Positions 1-9,383 of a DNA stretch of 64,000 nt are shown here, in pieces. The position numbers were made by a program, and so were the translations under genes. The number at the start of each line of letters is the position of its first letter. Position 1 is the first letter of the stretch. The notes beneath the pieces were generated by a model. The model ran no database searches and was not told where the DNA came from. It worked only from the letters and a program-made list of their open reading frames with translations. This DNA comes from Candidatus Micrarchaeia archaeon (GTDB lineage Archaea > Micrarchaeota > Micrarchaeia > Norongarragalinales > CAINOH01): the NCBI GenBank assembly GCA_041663565.1, contig JBAYMJ010000004.1, positions 582 to 64,581 on the forward strand, given 5' to 3'.

Positions 1-3000
1 CGGCGGGTTCGCGCTGACGGAATGATAGCTGGCCTGTGAAAGGCCTGTTCCGCTGTAAACCGCGAAAAACAGGCTCTGCCCGCCGTAGAGGAACCACGAA
101 TTCCCGTCGTTGCCGCACCCGTCCGGGCAGCCTATGTGCTTGTCTATTATGCCGCCCCCGGACGCGGACGCGGGCTTGACCCAAGCCTGCACCGTGAGCG
201 CGGGAGTTCCGTCGAGGCCACCCGAATCAGGAACCTCGAGGTAATCCTTCGCCCCGTCAAACCTCATCGCGCTGCCCCACTTGCCGTCAGGAGTCCAGTC
301 GGCGTGCCTCGCCCTGCCCTCGCTGTACAGGCTGGACACTTCATAAGCCGAAAGGCCGCGCGAATAAAGCGCGACCTCGTCTATGGTGCCGTTGAAGAAG
401 TGGCCCGTCGGGTTGTAAGCGCCTATGTACTTGGACCGGTTGTAGTACGGGAAAAGCATCGGGTACCCGGCGTACTGCCTTGCGAAGAACACGCCGTTGC
501 GGTAAACGTCAACAGTGCCCGCGGGGTAGTCGGCCACGACAACTATGTGGACGAGCGTGTTGTCAAGCCCCGTGAAGTAGCCCGGAAAGTAAAGCCCGTA
601 ATAATACGTGCCGTTGCCGTACTGGAAGCACAGGTGGTCGCCGGCCGCGTTGCGGTAGACGAACAGGTAACCCCCGACGCCCTGCGCGTCGTCGCTGAGA
701 AGCGTCTGGTAGCTCGCCGACAGGCTGCTGTTTACCCACATCGACATCGTGAGCGTCGAGTTGCCCGGGCTGCTTATGGCAAACGGGCCCGTTGCAAGGT
801 AGTCGTTCAGCCCGTCGAAGCGCAGGCCGTAGCCGGACTTTCCTGCAACCGAGTCCGCGTGCCTGGCCCTGCCTGAATTGTACCGGGAGAGGACTTCGGA
901 AGCGGAAAGGGATTTGTTGTATATTCCGACTTCATCGATTGTACCGTTGAAATAGGTGTTCCGGTTGTATTGGCCGCCAACACGCAAAGTTGTTGAGACG
1001 ATGATGTTTGCAGTCGCTGATGTTTCGTTTGCCAGTAGTCCGTTAACATAGATGCGAACCTTCGAGTGGTCGTAAGTCCCGGCAATGTGATACCACGTGT
1101 TTTCCGTTGGCGTAATGCTGAACTTTGCGCTACCCGCACCATAAAAGAGGGCAGTCATCGTGTTGTCTGAAAAGTACTCAAGCAAAAATCCCTTGTCGCC
1201 GTCGTCTCCGCCGTACGCCACAACGATTTGGCTGCTGTTTGGAACCTTGTTCCATTTTACCCACGCGCAGACTGAAACGTTATTCTGCCCGTATGGGATT
1301 GCGCCTGAACGTAAGTCCAAGTCAACGTAATCATTGACACCGTCGAACAATATGCCGGCGCCGCTCTTTCCTGCCACCCAATCGGCGTGCTTGGCCTGGC
1401 CGGCATTGTACTGCGCAAGGACTTCGGAAGCCGAAAGCGAACGGCTTGCAACCATTACCTCGTCAATCGAACCGTTGAAATACATCCACTTGCCCCACGA
1501 CGGCGAGTATTCCGCGCCGATGTAGAGGTTGAGCGCGTTCGTCGGCAGCGGGATAGGAAGCGTGCCGTTGGAGGCCTGGATGCCGTCAACGTAACCCACC
1601 ACCGAAAGGCCATCTATTGTCATAGTGTAGTGATGCCAGCCGGACTGGGTGAAAAACAGGGGGTTGTAGGCGCCATTGTATGACGTATAAAGTATCACGC
1701 TGCTGCCACTACCCGCAGTTGCAATGGACCATTGCCCGTTGTCTATCCCATACTTGCTTATTATCCCGTTGCCCCACGACTCTGCCTGCACGCCGGGATT
1801 CATCCACCACGAGACGGACATCTTGCTCGAGAGATTGATGGATGAAGAGGCTGCGACCACCGCATAGTCATTGACACCATCAAACGAGACACCCAGGCCA
1901 GCTTTTCCGGTCGTCCAGTTGCAGTTGGTGACTCCTGACCCGCCGTTCATGTTGTAGCACGTGGCGTTATTTGCGTATACGCCCTTGTCGTAAGCCGTGT
2001 TGCCCGCATTCTCATCCATATGAAGAAGCAATGCGGTATTCCCATAGAGCTTTCCATTATTGAGGTTGGTGCTTCCATCGGCAATTGAAGTCGGATCTGC
2101 CTCTTCCATGTGCAGGAGGAGCGCAGTATTCCCATAGAACCTTCCGTTGTTGTGGTTGACGCTCTCGTCCGTGATGTTCGCCGAATCATCGTCCTCCATG
2201 CGCAAAAGAAGCGCGGTGTTCCCGTAGATTGTTCCGTTGTTGCCGTAGCGCGAGACGTCAACTACCTTGGCTGCGGTGTCACCGATTGCTGCCATGTCGT
2301 CGAAGTTGTACGCAAGCACAAGCGAGTCGTTGTACATCGTGTAGTTCGCGCCGTTCCAGTTGAACACCACCTGCGAAGGCACTGTCGTGTTCTGGACGCT
2401 CGCAGTTATCGTTATGTTGTTTATGAACACCGTGGGAGCGTTCAGCGGGGTCTGGGGGAGGAACAATATGCCGTTGAACGTGACGCTGCGCGAATCGCTC
2501 GACACGTTCGACCAGTTGGAGCCGGAAAGCGACGAGGCGAAAAGCCTGTAACCGTAAGCCCCGCTGTCCACGCCCTGCCGCACCGAAGTGAACAGCCACC
2601 GGTCAGGAGCGTACTTTGCGAGGTTGGAATAATACTGCTGCTGTATCTCGGCTGCGGAAAGCGAACGGTTCCACACGCGCACCTCGTCTATGGAGCCGTT
2701 GAAATGGCGGTTGTAAGCGGTCCCGTCGTACCAGCCGACCATCGTGTGCTCTGGTATCAACACCTTCGAAGCCGCGGGACTGGAATCGCTACCCACCAAC
2801 GAGCCATCCACGTACACGTTGGCGATGATACCGTTGCCTGTCGCGGCTATGTGGTGCCATCCCGGCGCATATGCATTGTTCACCTGTATCAGAGTGCCCC
2901 AGGTGGACCCGTCGGCAGACTCCACGAAGCCCTGCAAGCTGTTGCTGAAAAAGAGACTGTACGGACCGTAACCGTTGCTCAACTTTATCTTAGAAAGCAC

Positions 3001-6000
3001 GTCAGCATTGCCCGAACCAGCATAATTGACCCACGCGGAGACTGTGATGGGCCCGGTGACGTTCAGGCCGGCCGAATCGCCACTGTCAACATAATCATCA
3101 ACTCCGTCAAACCTCAAAGCCGAGCCCCACTTGCCGCTCGGGCCCCAGTCCGCATGCTTTGCTTTCCCGGCGTTGTAGTGCGCAGCGACTTCGGAGACGG
3201 TTAGCGCCTTGGAATAGACTCCAATCTCGTCAAGCGAGCCGTTCAGGTTGTACGCCGCATAGTTCAGCTTGCCTATCAGCATGCTGTTGGACTCCGACAG
3301 GTTGGTGATGTTGCCTGATGAACTCTTATTGGTGCCGACTGGGACGCCGTTGACGTAAAGTTGTGCCCTGTGGCTTGCGAAGGAATAGGCTGCGGCTACG
3401 TGCGTCCACTGGTCAAGCGGGATTATGTCGCCTGTGCTTGCCGGCCAATAGTCCTCATAATTCGTGCCGTCGCCAAGAATAAGTGATGGAACGTACGGGT
3501 GGCTGGAACCGCTGCCGGATATCACAAACGCATATCCGCTAGCCTTGTCCGCCCCTGCGACATTGGTTTTCTTCGCCAGTATTCCAGGGTTGACCGCGGG
3601 GTTGTCGTTGCGCTTGACCCACGCCTCCAGCGTGAAGTCGTTGGTGGACAGGGTGAGACTGTTGCTGTTGGGTATGACCACGTAATCGTCGTTGCCATCA
3701 AAGGAAATACCTGTGCCGGTTTTTCCGGCAACCCAGCTACAGTTGGTAGTTCCGGAGCCGCCGCCCATGTTGTAGCAGGTTCCGTTGTTGCGCCAGACGC
3801 TTTCGTCGTAAGTCGTGTTGCCTGCGTTCTCGTCCATGCGCAAAAGCAGCGCGGTGTTCCCGTAAATCGTGCCGTTGTTGCCGTAGCGCGATACGTCAAC
3901 TACCTTGGATGCCGAGTCGCCGATTGCCGATTGGTCGTCAAAGTTGTACGCAAGCACAAGCGAGTCGTTGTACATCGTGTAGTTGGAAGAGTTCCAGTTG
4001 AAGATGATGGCCGAAGGCTGCGAAACGTTCTGGATGCTCGCATTGATGGTTATGTTGTTGATGTAGACGGTCGAGGCGTTCGCCGGGGTCGGCGAGAGGA
4101 ACCGGATTGCATTGAACGTGACGGACCGCAATTCGCTGGACGAGGTGTTCCCGACGGGATCGCGCGTCCACAGGAAATAATTGTAGGCCCCGCTGTCGAC
4201 GTCCTGAGGTGAATAAGTAAAGAGCCACCTGCCGGGCGCGTACTTTGCGAGGTTGGAATAATACTGCTGCTTGATTTCATCTGCCGAGAGCGAACGGTTC
4301 CAAATCCGAACCTCGTCGATTGAGCCGGTGAGTACTAGCGAACCGGTGAAATACGCGCCGACAGAAGCCTTGTCAATCCCCGAAAGCCCGCCCCATTGCC
4401 CGTCGTTGCTTGCCTGGCCTACGGACAGCGGCTTGCTTGCCCCATCGAGATACAAGGTAGTGTAAGTGCCGTTGTACGTGGCTGCTATCTGGTGCCAGTT
4501 GCCATCGAAGACCTCCGACCGCGAGGAAGTAACGTAGCCAAGCCGAGGCCCGGAGGACTGCCTGCCGAGCATGATAAGCTCTCCGCTCAGTGTGCTGGTG
4601 CAGCCGTCGCCTATGCATATGTCCTGGTGCTGTGTAACATCCCCGGAATTGCCTATGCCGAAAAGGGTCGCGGTGGTTTCGGACGCGGACTTGACCCACA
4701 GCGAGACCGTTGCAGGCGCTGCGAAATTCAATGCCGAAGCGTTGGAAACAAGCACGCGGCCATATGCGCCGTCAAGCCTCAACGCCGAATTCCATTTTCC
4801 GTTCGGGTCCCAGTTTGCGTGCTTTGCCTTCCCGGCATTGAACTGGTTGAGGATTTCAGCCGCGGAAAGCGAGCGGTTGACAACCATGGCCTCATCAATG
4901 GAGCCGTTGAAGTAAGCCCCGTAATTCCAACCCGCACCCAAAGAAACGCGAACATAAGTCGGCGCAGTGCCGCCAGACGAGCCCAGATAGGCTCCGTCAA
5001 CGTAGAACTTGTAAGTGGTGCCTTCGCGCGTTCCCATCAAGTGGTGCCACTGGCCGTCGTTTTGCGGCGCGGTGCCCAATACATTGCCTGTCGGCCCCCC
5101 GCTGTTATCGGTAATGAACGTGCCGTTGGTGTACAAGCAAATCTGGAATCCCGCCCCGCTCGCCTGCGCCAAGTCCATTATCCTCTGCTGATAGGCCTGC
5201 GCCGCGGAGGCTTTCACCCATGCACCGAAAGAGAAGTCGCCAGTTATATTCGCGGAAAACGTGTTTGACAGCACATAGTCGTTGACTCCGTCAAAACTGA
5301 TTCCGCTACCGCTCTTTCCCGCAACCCAATTGCAGTTGGTGACTCCCGAACCTCCGCTCATGTTGTAGCACGTGCCGTTGTTCCTGTAAGCGCTCTCGTC
5401 ATAAGTGGTGTTTCCGGAGTTCTCGTCCATGTGCAAAAGCAGCGCGGTGTTCCCGTAAATCGTGCCGTTGTTCCCATACTTGCTCGTGTCCACCACTTTC
5501 CCCACGGTGTCCCCAATCGCGGAAGCGTCGTCGAAGTTGTACGCAAGCACAAGCGAGTCGTCATAAAGCGTGTAGTTCGTGCCGTTCCACGAGAACGTCG
5601 CGTTCGAAAACGTCTGGCTCGCGACGGTCGTGTTGTCGATGGTCGCGTTGAACATGGCGTTGGCCGAAAACACTGTCGAGCCACTGTCCGGGGTCGGCGG
5701 GGCGAACTGTATGAGGCTCGGGTAGTTTGTCGCATTCGGCGTAGGTGAAGGCGACGGGCTGGCGGTGGGCTGTGAGGACAGCACGTAGACGGACGCGGGA
5801 ATCTCGATGCTCTGGTTGCCGAGCTCGCCCTGCACGGTCACGTTGACTATCCCCGAATAAATGCCGTACGCGGAGTCACCGACAGTAAAATTTACAAAAA
5901 AAGGGACGCTTGAGTGGGCGGAAAGCGCAAAGCTCGAGCTCGGGCAGGAGATTGTCACGTCGCTCGCGGTCCAGTTGCACTGCACGGTCACGTTCGAGCT

Positions 6001-6492
6001 GGTGCTTGAAAGGCTGGACAGGGTTATGGGTTCATTATGGGTTTCACTGAGAAAAAGCGTGGTGTCAATCGCGCTCACGTTTGCGTAGGCGAGCCACCTG
6101 CCGATGGACACGGTCGCGCCGTCGTTCTCGACCAAAAACTCGTACGTGCCCGGCCTGCCTGGGAGCGAGCCGGTCACCTGGAACGGGAACGTCTCTATGT
6201 AGTCGGACCGCCCGGCGTGAACCTTGATGTAGTAGGGGTAGACCCCGGACAGGGACGCGTTGTAGGAGCGCGGCAGCGTGACCAGGGACGTTTTCCGCGC
6301 GCCGATGCCCTGGGCGTAGACTTCGCGGGCCGCGTTGCCTATGTCGGTAGCGGCGAGGGACGCCTGCAGCTCGGCCTTGCGGGTTGACAGGGCGCTGCCC
6401 TGCTCGTTGGAAAGTGTGACTGTCACAAGGAGGACGAGCAGGGCGATGCCCAGTATCATCATAAACTCCAAAGTAGTCTGGCCGCGACGCAT
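1..6492 (-). CDS. Giant pilin-fused surface adhesin (partial, >2164 aa): class III signal peptide, pilin-like domain, Ig-like backbone units, at least 8 LamG/concanavalin-like domains
   Basis: Not in the ORF track, presumably because no stop is reached inside the window. The ATG at 6492 gives MRRGQTTLEFMMILG. Manual translation of sampled lines near 6180, 2700, 2340-1860, 1500-1320, 960-780, 420-240 and 60-1 stays in one frame, with LamG motifs (LVLAYNFDD, FDGVNDY, FNGSIDEV). Paralog of 13436..16183. Confidence 0.9.
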   Translation of the reverse strand, partial: MRRGQTTLEFMMILGIALLVLLVTVTLSNEQGSALSTRKAELQASLAATDIGNAAREVYAQGIGARKTSLVTLPRSYNASLSGVYPYYIKVHAGRSDYIETFPFQVTGSLPGRPGTYEFLVENDGATVSIGRWLAYANVSAIDTTLFLSETHNEPITLSSLSSTSSNVTVQCNWTASDVTISCPSSSFALSAHSSVPFFVNFTVGDSAYGIYSGIVNVTVQGELGNQSIEIPASVYVLSSQPTASPSPSPTPNATNYPSLIQFAPPTPDSGSTVFSANAMFNATIDNTTVASQTFSNATFSWNGTNYTLYDDSLVLAYNFDDASAIGDTVGKVVDTSKYGNNGTIYGNTALLLHMDENSGNTTYDESAYRNNGTCYNMSGGSGVTNCNWVAGKSGSGISFDGVNDYVLSNTFSANITGDFSFGAWVKASAAQAYQQRIMDLAQASGAGFQICLYTNGTFITDNSGGPTGNVLGTAPQNDGQWHHLMGTREGTTYKFYVDGAYLGSSGGTAPTYVRVSLGAGWNYGAYFNGSIDEAMVVNRSLSAAEILNQFNAGKAKHANWDPNGKWNSALRLDGAYGRVLVSNASALNFAAPATVSLWVKSASETTATLFGIGNSGDVTQHQDICIGDGCTSTLSGELIMLGRQSSGPRLGYVTSSRSEVFDGNWHQIAATYNGTYTTLYLDGASKPLSVGQASNDGQWGGLSGIDKASVGAYFTGSLVLTGSIDEVRIWNRSLSADEIKQQYYSNLAKYAPGRWLFTYSPQDVDSGAYNYFLWTRDPVGNTSSSELRSVTFNAIRFLSPTPANASTVYINNITINASIQNVSQPSAIIFNWNSSNYTMYNDSLVLAYNFDDQSAIGDSASKVVDVSRYGNNGTIYGNTALLLRMDENAGNTTYDESVWRNNGTCYNMGGGSGTTNCSWVAGKTGTGISFDGNDDYVVIPNSNSLTLSTNDFTLEAWVKRNDNPAVNPGILAKKTNVAGADKASGYAFVISGSGSSHPYVPSLILGDGTNYEDYWPASTGDIIPLDQWTHVAAAYSFASHRAQLYVNGVPVGTNKSSSGNITNLSESNSMLIGKLNYAAYNLNGSLDEIGVYSKALTVSEVAAHYNAGKAKHADWGPSGKWGSALRFDGVDDYVDSGDSAGLNVTGPITVSAWVNYAGSGNADVLSKIKLSNGYGPYSLFFSNSLQGFVESADGSTWGTLIQVNNAYAPGWHHIAATGNGIIANVYVDGSLVGSDSSPAASKVLIPEHTMVGWYDGTAYNRHFNGSIDEVRVWNRSLSAAEIQQQYYSNLAKYAPDRWLFTSVRQGVDSGAYGYRLFASSLSGSNWSNVSSDSRSVTFNGILFLPQTPLNAPTVFINNITITASVQNTTVPSQVVFNWNGANYTMYNDSLVLAYNFDDMAAIGDTAAKVVDVSRYGNNGTIYGNTALLLRMEDDDSANITDESVNHNNGRFYGNTALLLHMEEADPTSIADGSTNLNNGKLYGNTALLLHMDENAGNTAYDKGVYANNATCYNMNGGSGVTNCNWTTGKAGLGVSFDGVNDYAVVAASSSINLSSKMSVSWWMNPGVQAESWGNGIISKYGIDNGQWSIATAGSGSSVILYTSYNGAYNPLFFTQSGWHHYTMTIDGLSVVGYVDGIQASNGTLPIPLPTNALNLYIGAEYSPSWGKWMYFNGSIDEVMVASRSLSASEVLAQYNAGQAKHADWVAGKSGAGILFDGVNDYVDLDLRSGAIPYGQNNVSVCAWVKWNKVPNSSQIVVAYGGDDGDKGFLLEYFSDNTMTALFYGAGSAKFSITPTENTWYHIAGTYDHSKVRIYVNGLLANETSATANIIVSTTLRVGGQYNRNTYFNGTIDEVGIYNKSLSASEVLSRYNSGRARHADSVAGKSGYGLRFDGLNDYLATGPFAISSPGNSTLTMSMWVNSSLSASYQTLLSDDAQGVGGYLFVYRNAAGDHLCFQYGNGTYYYGLYFPGYFTGLDNTLVHIVVVADYPAGTVDVYRNGVFFARQYAGYPMLFPYYNRSKYIGAYNPTGHFFNGTIDEVALYSRGLSAYEVSSLYSEGRARHADWTPDGKWGSAMRFDGAKDYLEVPDSGGLDGTPALTVQAWVKPASASGGGIIDKHIGCPDGCGNDGNSWFLYGGQSLFFAVYSGTGLSQASYHSVSANPP
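2296..2330. repeat. 35-bp dispersed repeat at the start of each LamG module (copies at 2296, 3934, 5527, 15251)
   Basis: GTCGTCGAAGTTGTACGCAAGCACAAGCGAGTCGT occurs four times, with one mismatch in the 3934 copy; it encodes DSLVLAYNFDD on the minus strand. Confidence 0.9.
2609..2701. repeat. Dispersed repeat at the end of each LamG module (93 bp shared with 13902-13994; 33-bp core also at 4238-4270)
   Basis: The GCGTACTTTGCGAGGTTGGAATAATACTGCTGC core is identical in three places. The 2609 and 13902 copies differ at 3 of 93 positions by eye. Confidence 0.85.
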
Positions 6493-6585
6493 ATTTTCCC
6501 CGAACAGTGAACGGAATTAGTGCTTTTTAATGCGCCTTTTAGCTCGTAAAAACGGGAAAAATTCGCTGGAGCGGCTGGCTTTCCG

Positions 6586-9339
6586 CTACTTGCACGCATC
6601 CGCAGTCGGGTGGTCGGCACAGACTATTTCATTCAACTGCCCTATCTGCAACTTCTGCTTTGCATTGTCGGACTTCATCTGTTCTATCTGCGCCTGCTGC
6701 GCCGCCTTGTCCGCCTTGAGCGCGTCGATTTCCTCCTGCTGTTCCTGCATCGCGCTGACAATCACGGGCGCGATGCGCTCGTAGGATATCCCCTTGTAGC
6801 CCTTGTCGTCGGTAGTCACCAATTCAGGAATGATTTTCTCAACGTCCTGCGCGATGAAACCGACTTGAGTTCCATCGGTGAAGCCCATGTTCGGGTACTC
6901 ACTCGTCCGCCACTCGAAATTCACAGGCTTGAGCGCCATTACCTTGTCGAGCGATGCCGAAGGCAGGAGCGAAGTCACGTTCTTCTTCCAGCGCGCATCA
7001 GAACCCGACCACGAACCCGAGGTGACCCAAGCGGTGCCTGCGACGGTCAGAGTATAGCTGGGGGTTGTTGTGCCGATGCCGACGTTGCCGCTCTTCAGGG
7101 TCATCGTATCCAAATAATTCTGCGAACCCAAACGCAACTCCCAAAGGGTGCTGACAAACTGCGAGGTTATTCTTCCAAGTTCATAAGAGCCTTGGTTGAA
7201 GCTGATTTTTGTCCCGGTCCCACTGCCTTCGCTGTTGGGATTGTCCAACCTCAATAACTCTACTACCGCGCCGCTTGACGTCTTGGCCAGGTGCAGCGGC
7301 GCGCCAGGGCTGGCGGTGCCTATGCCCACGCTGCCATTTAGGATTGACGAGCCATCCACGCGCAATGTTGCCGCAGGCACCTGGTAGCGTATGATCACGA
7401 TTCCCGAACCGCCTGCCCCGCCGGAACCGCCGGTGCCGCTTGCGGGCCATCCGCCACCTCCGCCTCCACCGCCACGGTTAGCTATGCCTGCAGTTCCATT
7501 GCTTCCGCCGGTCGCCCCGGCTCCGCCGCCGTCCATCGCAGCCCCGAAAGAGGTATAACCGCCGCCTCCACCGCCGCCTGCATAAGTAAGCGAGACCCCG
7601 GAAATGGAATAAGCCAACCCATAGCCGCCGGACCCGTTGCCTGAAGTACCGCCTGCAGTGCCCGCGCTGCCGGCACCGCCACCTCCACCGCCCACGTATG
7701 GCAATGCGGACCCTCCGCCAGCGCCGCCTGCATTACCCTGGGAACCGGTTCCGCCGGCAGCACTCGTACCGCCGCCTCCGCCCGAACCGCCGTTTCCTCC
7801 GGCATAACTAGATTTTGCGCCATAACCGCCGCCGATTGCGGTGATTGGACCGAACGTGGAATTGTTGCCGGAGCTTCCGCTGTTGCCGCCCTGACCATCC
7901 GCGTTTCCGAGACCGCCCGCACCACCGGCACCCACAGTAACAGTATACGGCGTCGTAGTTATGGCATAAGACGCGTTGTACAGGACTCCGCCACCGCCAC
8001 CACCGCCTATGCCATTACCGTTCCCGTACCCGCCGCCTCCACCACCACCGCCTGCGACCACGAGGTATTGCACGCTGGTGACTCCTACGGGGGGGATGAA
8101 CGTGCTGTTGCCGACTGTCGTGAACTTGTGAACGCGGTAAGCGACGCCGTTCTCAACAATGTCATAGATGCTGTCGCCTCCAAAACCCATCGGCCCTGCA
8201 ACGTGAAGCATCTCGCTTGAGACAGGCGTGCCGATGCCTACGCTGCCGTTGAGGAAGGTCGTTCCGTTCACGTGCAGCATTGCCAGGGGCCTTGTTGTCC
8301 CTATGCCGACGCTGCCTTGAAGAACCGCAGCAGGACCGGATATCGGGTAGCGGATTATCACTACCCCTGAACCGCCGTAACTGTTGCCGGCGCCGTTGCC
8401 GGTGCCAGCACCGCCATTGCCCAACCCGTTGGTGCCTGATGCGCCAACTGTGCCGTCGGAGCGGCCGTAACCTGCGTTACCTCCGGTGGCATAAGTTACC
8501 GGGACGCCGCTGATGCTGCTGGTGACGCCAATCCCGCCAAGACCCATCGTGTTCTGGCCGAACTGGCCTGGCCCGCCGGCACCGCCGCCACCGCCACCGC
8601 GGTCGTTGCCGCCATACCAGCCGCCGTCTCCGCCGTTGTTGCCCTGGCCCGCAATCCCGTACCCTCCGAGAGACTGGCTCATGTCGCTGAAGATTGTTCC
8701 CGCACCGCCGCCCGAGCCGCCGGTATTGGCGCGCCCGCCGCAATGCGTCACTCCGCCACCGCCGCCCATTGCGGTGATGTTTGCAAAAGTCGAATTCCCG
8801 CCGTTGCCTGCTGCGCCATAACCACCCGCGCCTACTGATACGGTATACGCCCCGGACACGCCGGTAAGGACCCCAGTAAGCATACCCCCCGCTCCGCCAC
8901 CGCCACCCGCGGTGTTGACCTGCGCGCCTGCTCCGCCGCCACCGCCTGCGACGACAAGGTATTCGACTTGGGTGACTCCAGTAGGCGCGGTGAACGTGCT
9001 GTTGCCAACGGTCGTGAACTTGTGCACTCGGTAAGTCGTGCCGTTTTCAACAATGTCATAGATGCTGTCCCCGCCGGAACCTCCCGACACGTTGATTGGA
9101 GGAACGACCTGAAGGGTCGCGTTGGGGCTTGCTGTGCCGATGCCTACGCGGCCGGAAGCGGAGTTGACAAAGAGCGAACCATTGCCCGCGGAAAAGTCGC
9201 TGGTTGAGTTGAACTGGCCCTGCACAAGAAGGCTTCCTGCTGACGCGGGCTGGAAAAGCAAGACCGCACAAAGAAGAAGCAAAGACGCGCACGTAGGCAA
9301 GGAAACCAAATACCTACAGCCACTTGCACCAACCACCAT
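6586..9339 (-). CDS. Secreted fibre-like protein: GxVGIGT stalk repeats, two glycine-rich domains, C-terminal peptidase S74 intramolecular chaperone
   Basis: Signal peptide ending QPASA; repeated GSVGIGT; two VHKFT..YLVVAGGGGG..GGSGxVIIRY modules; S74 motifs SDARWKKN, GFIAQDVEKIIPELV, then a coiled coil. Confidence 0.85.
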   Translation of the reverse strand: MVVGASGCRYLVSLPTCASLLLLCAVLLFQPASAGSLLVQGQFNSTSDFSAGNGSLFVNSASGRVGIGTASPNATLQVVPPINVSGGSGGDSIYDIVENGTTYRVHKFTTVGNSTFTAPTGVTQVEYLVVAGGGGGAGAQVNTAGGGGGAGGMLTGVLTGVSGAYTVSVGAGGYGAAGNGGNSTFANITAMGGGGGVTHCGGRANTGGSGGGAGTIFSDMSQSLGGYGIAGQGNNGGDGGWYGGNDRGGGGGGAGGPGQFGQNTMGLGGIGVTSSISGVPVTYATGGNAGYGRSDGTVGASGTNGLGNGGAGTGNGAGNSYGGSGVVIIRYPISGPAAVLQGSVGIGTTRPLAMLHVNGTTFLNGSVGIGTPVSSEMLHVAGPMGFGGDSIYDIVENGVAYRVHKFTTVGNSTFIPPVGVTSVQYLVVAGGGGGGGGYGNGNGIGGGGGGGVLYNASYAITTTPYTVTVGAGGAGGLGNADGQGGNSGSSGNNSTFGPITAIGGGYGAKSSYAGGNGGSGGGGGTSAAGGTGSQGNAGGAGGGSALPYVGGGGGGAGSAGTAGGTSGNGSGGYGLAYSISGVSLTYAGGGGGGGYTSFGAAMDGGGAGATGGSNGTAGIANRGGGGGGGGWPASGTGGSGGAGGSGIVIIRYQVPAATLRVDGSSILNGSVGIGTASPGAPLHLAKTSSGAVVELLRLDNPNSEGSGTGTKISFNQGSYELGRITSQFVSTLWELRLGSQNYLDTMTLKSGNVGIGTTTPSYTLTVAGTAWVTSGSWSGSDARWKKNVTSLLPSASLDKVMALKPVNFEWRTSEYPNMGFTDGTQVGFIAQDVEKIIPELVTTDDKGYKGISYERIAPVIVSAMQEQQEEIDALKADKAAQQAQIEQMKSDNAKQKLQIGQLNEIVCADHPTADACK

Positions 9340-9383
9340 ACTGCATTCCCATTAGCTTTCAGCAAACCCGAATAATACTGCGC

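Noticed and set aside
136..6387. Many plus-strand ORFs (for example 2110..3204 and 4396..5268) and short minus-strand ORFs
   Set aside because: They are shadows of the single giant minus-strand LamG frame; their repeats mirror its modules.
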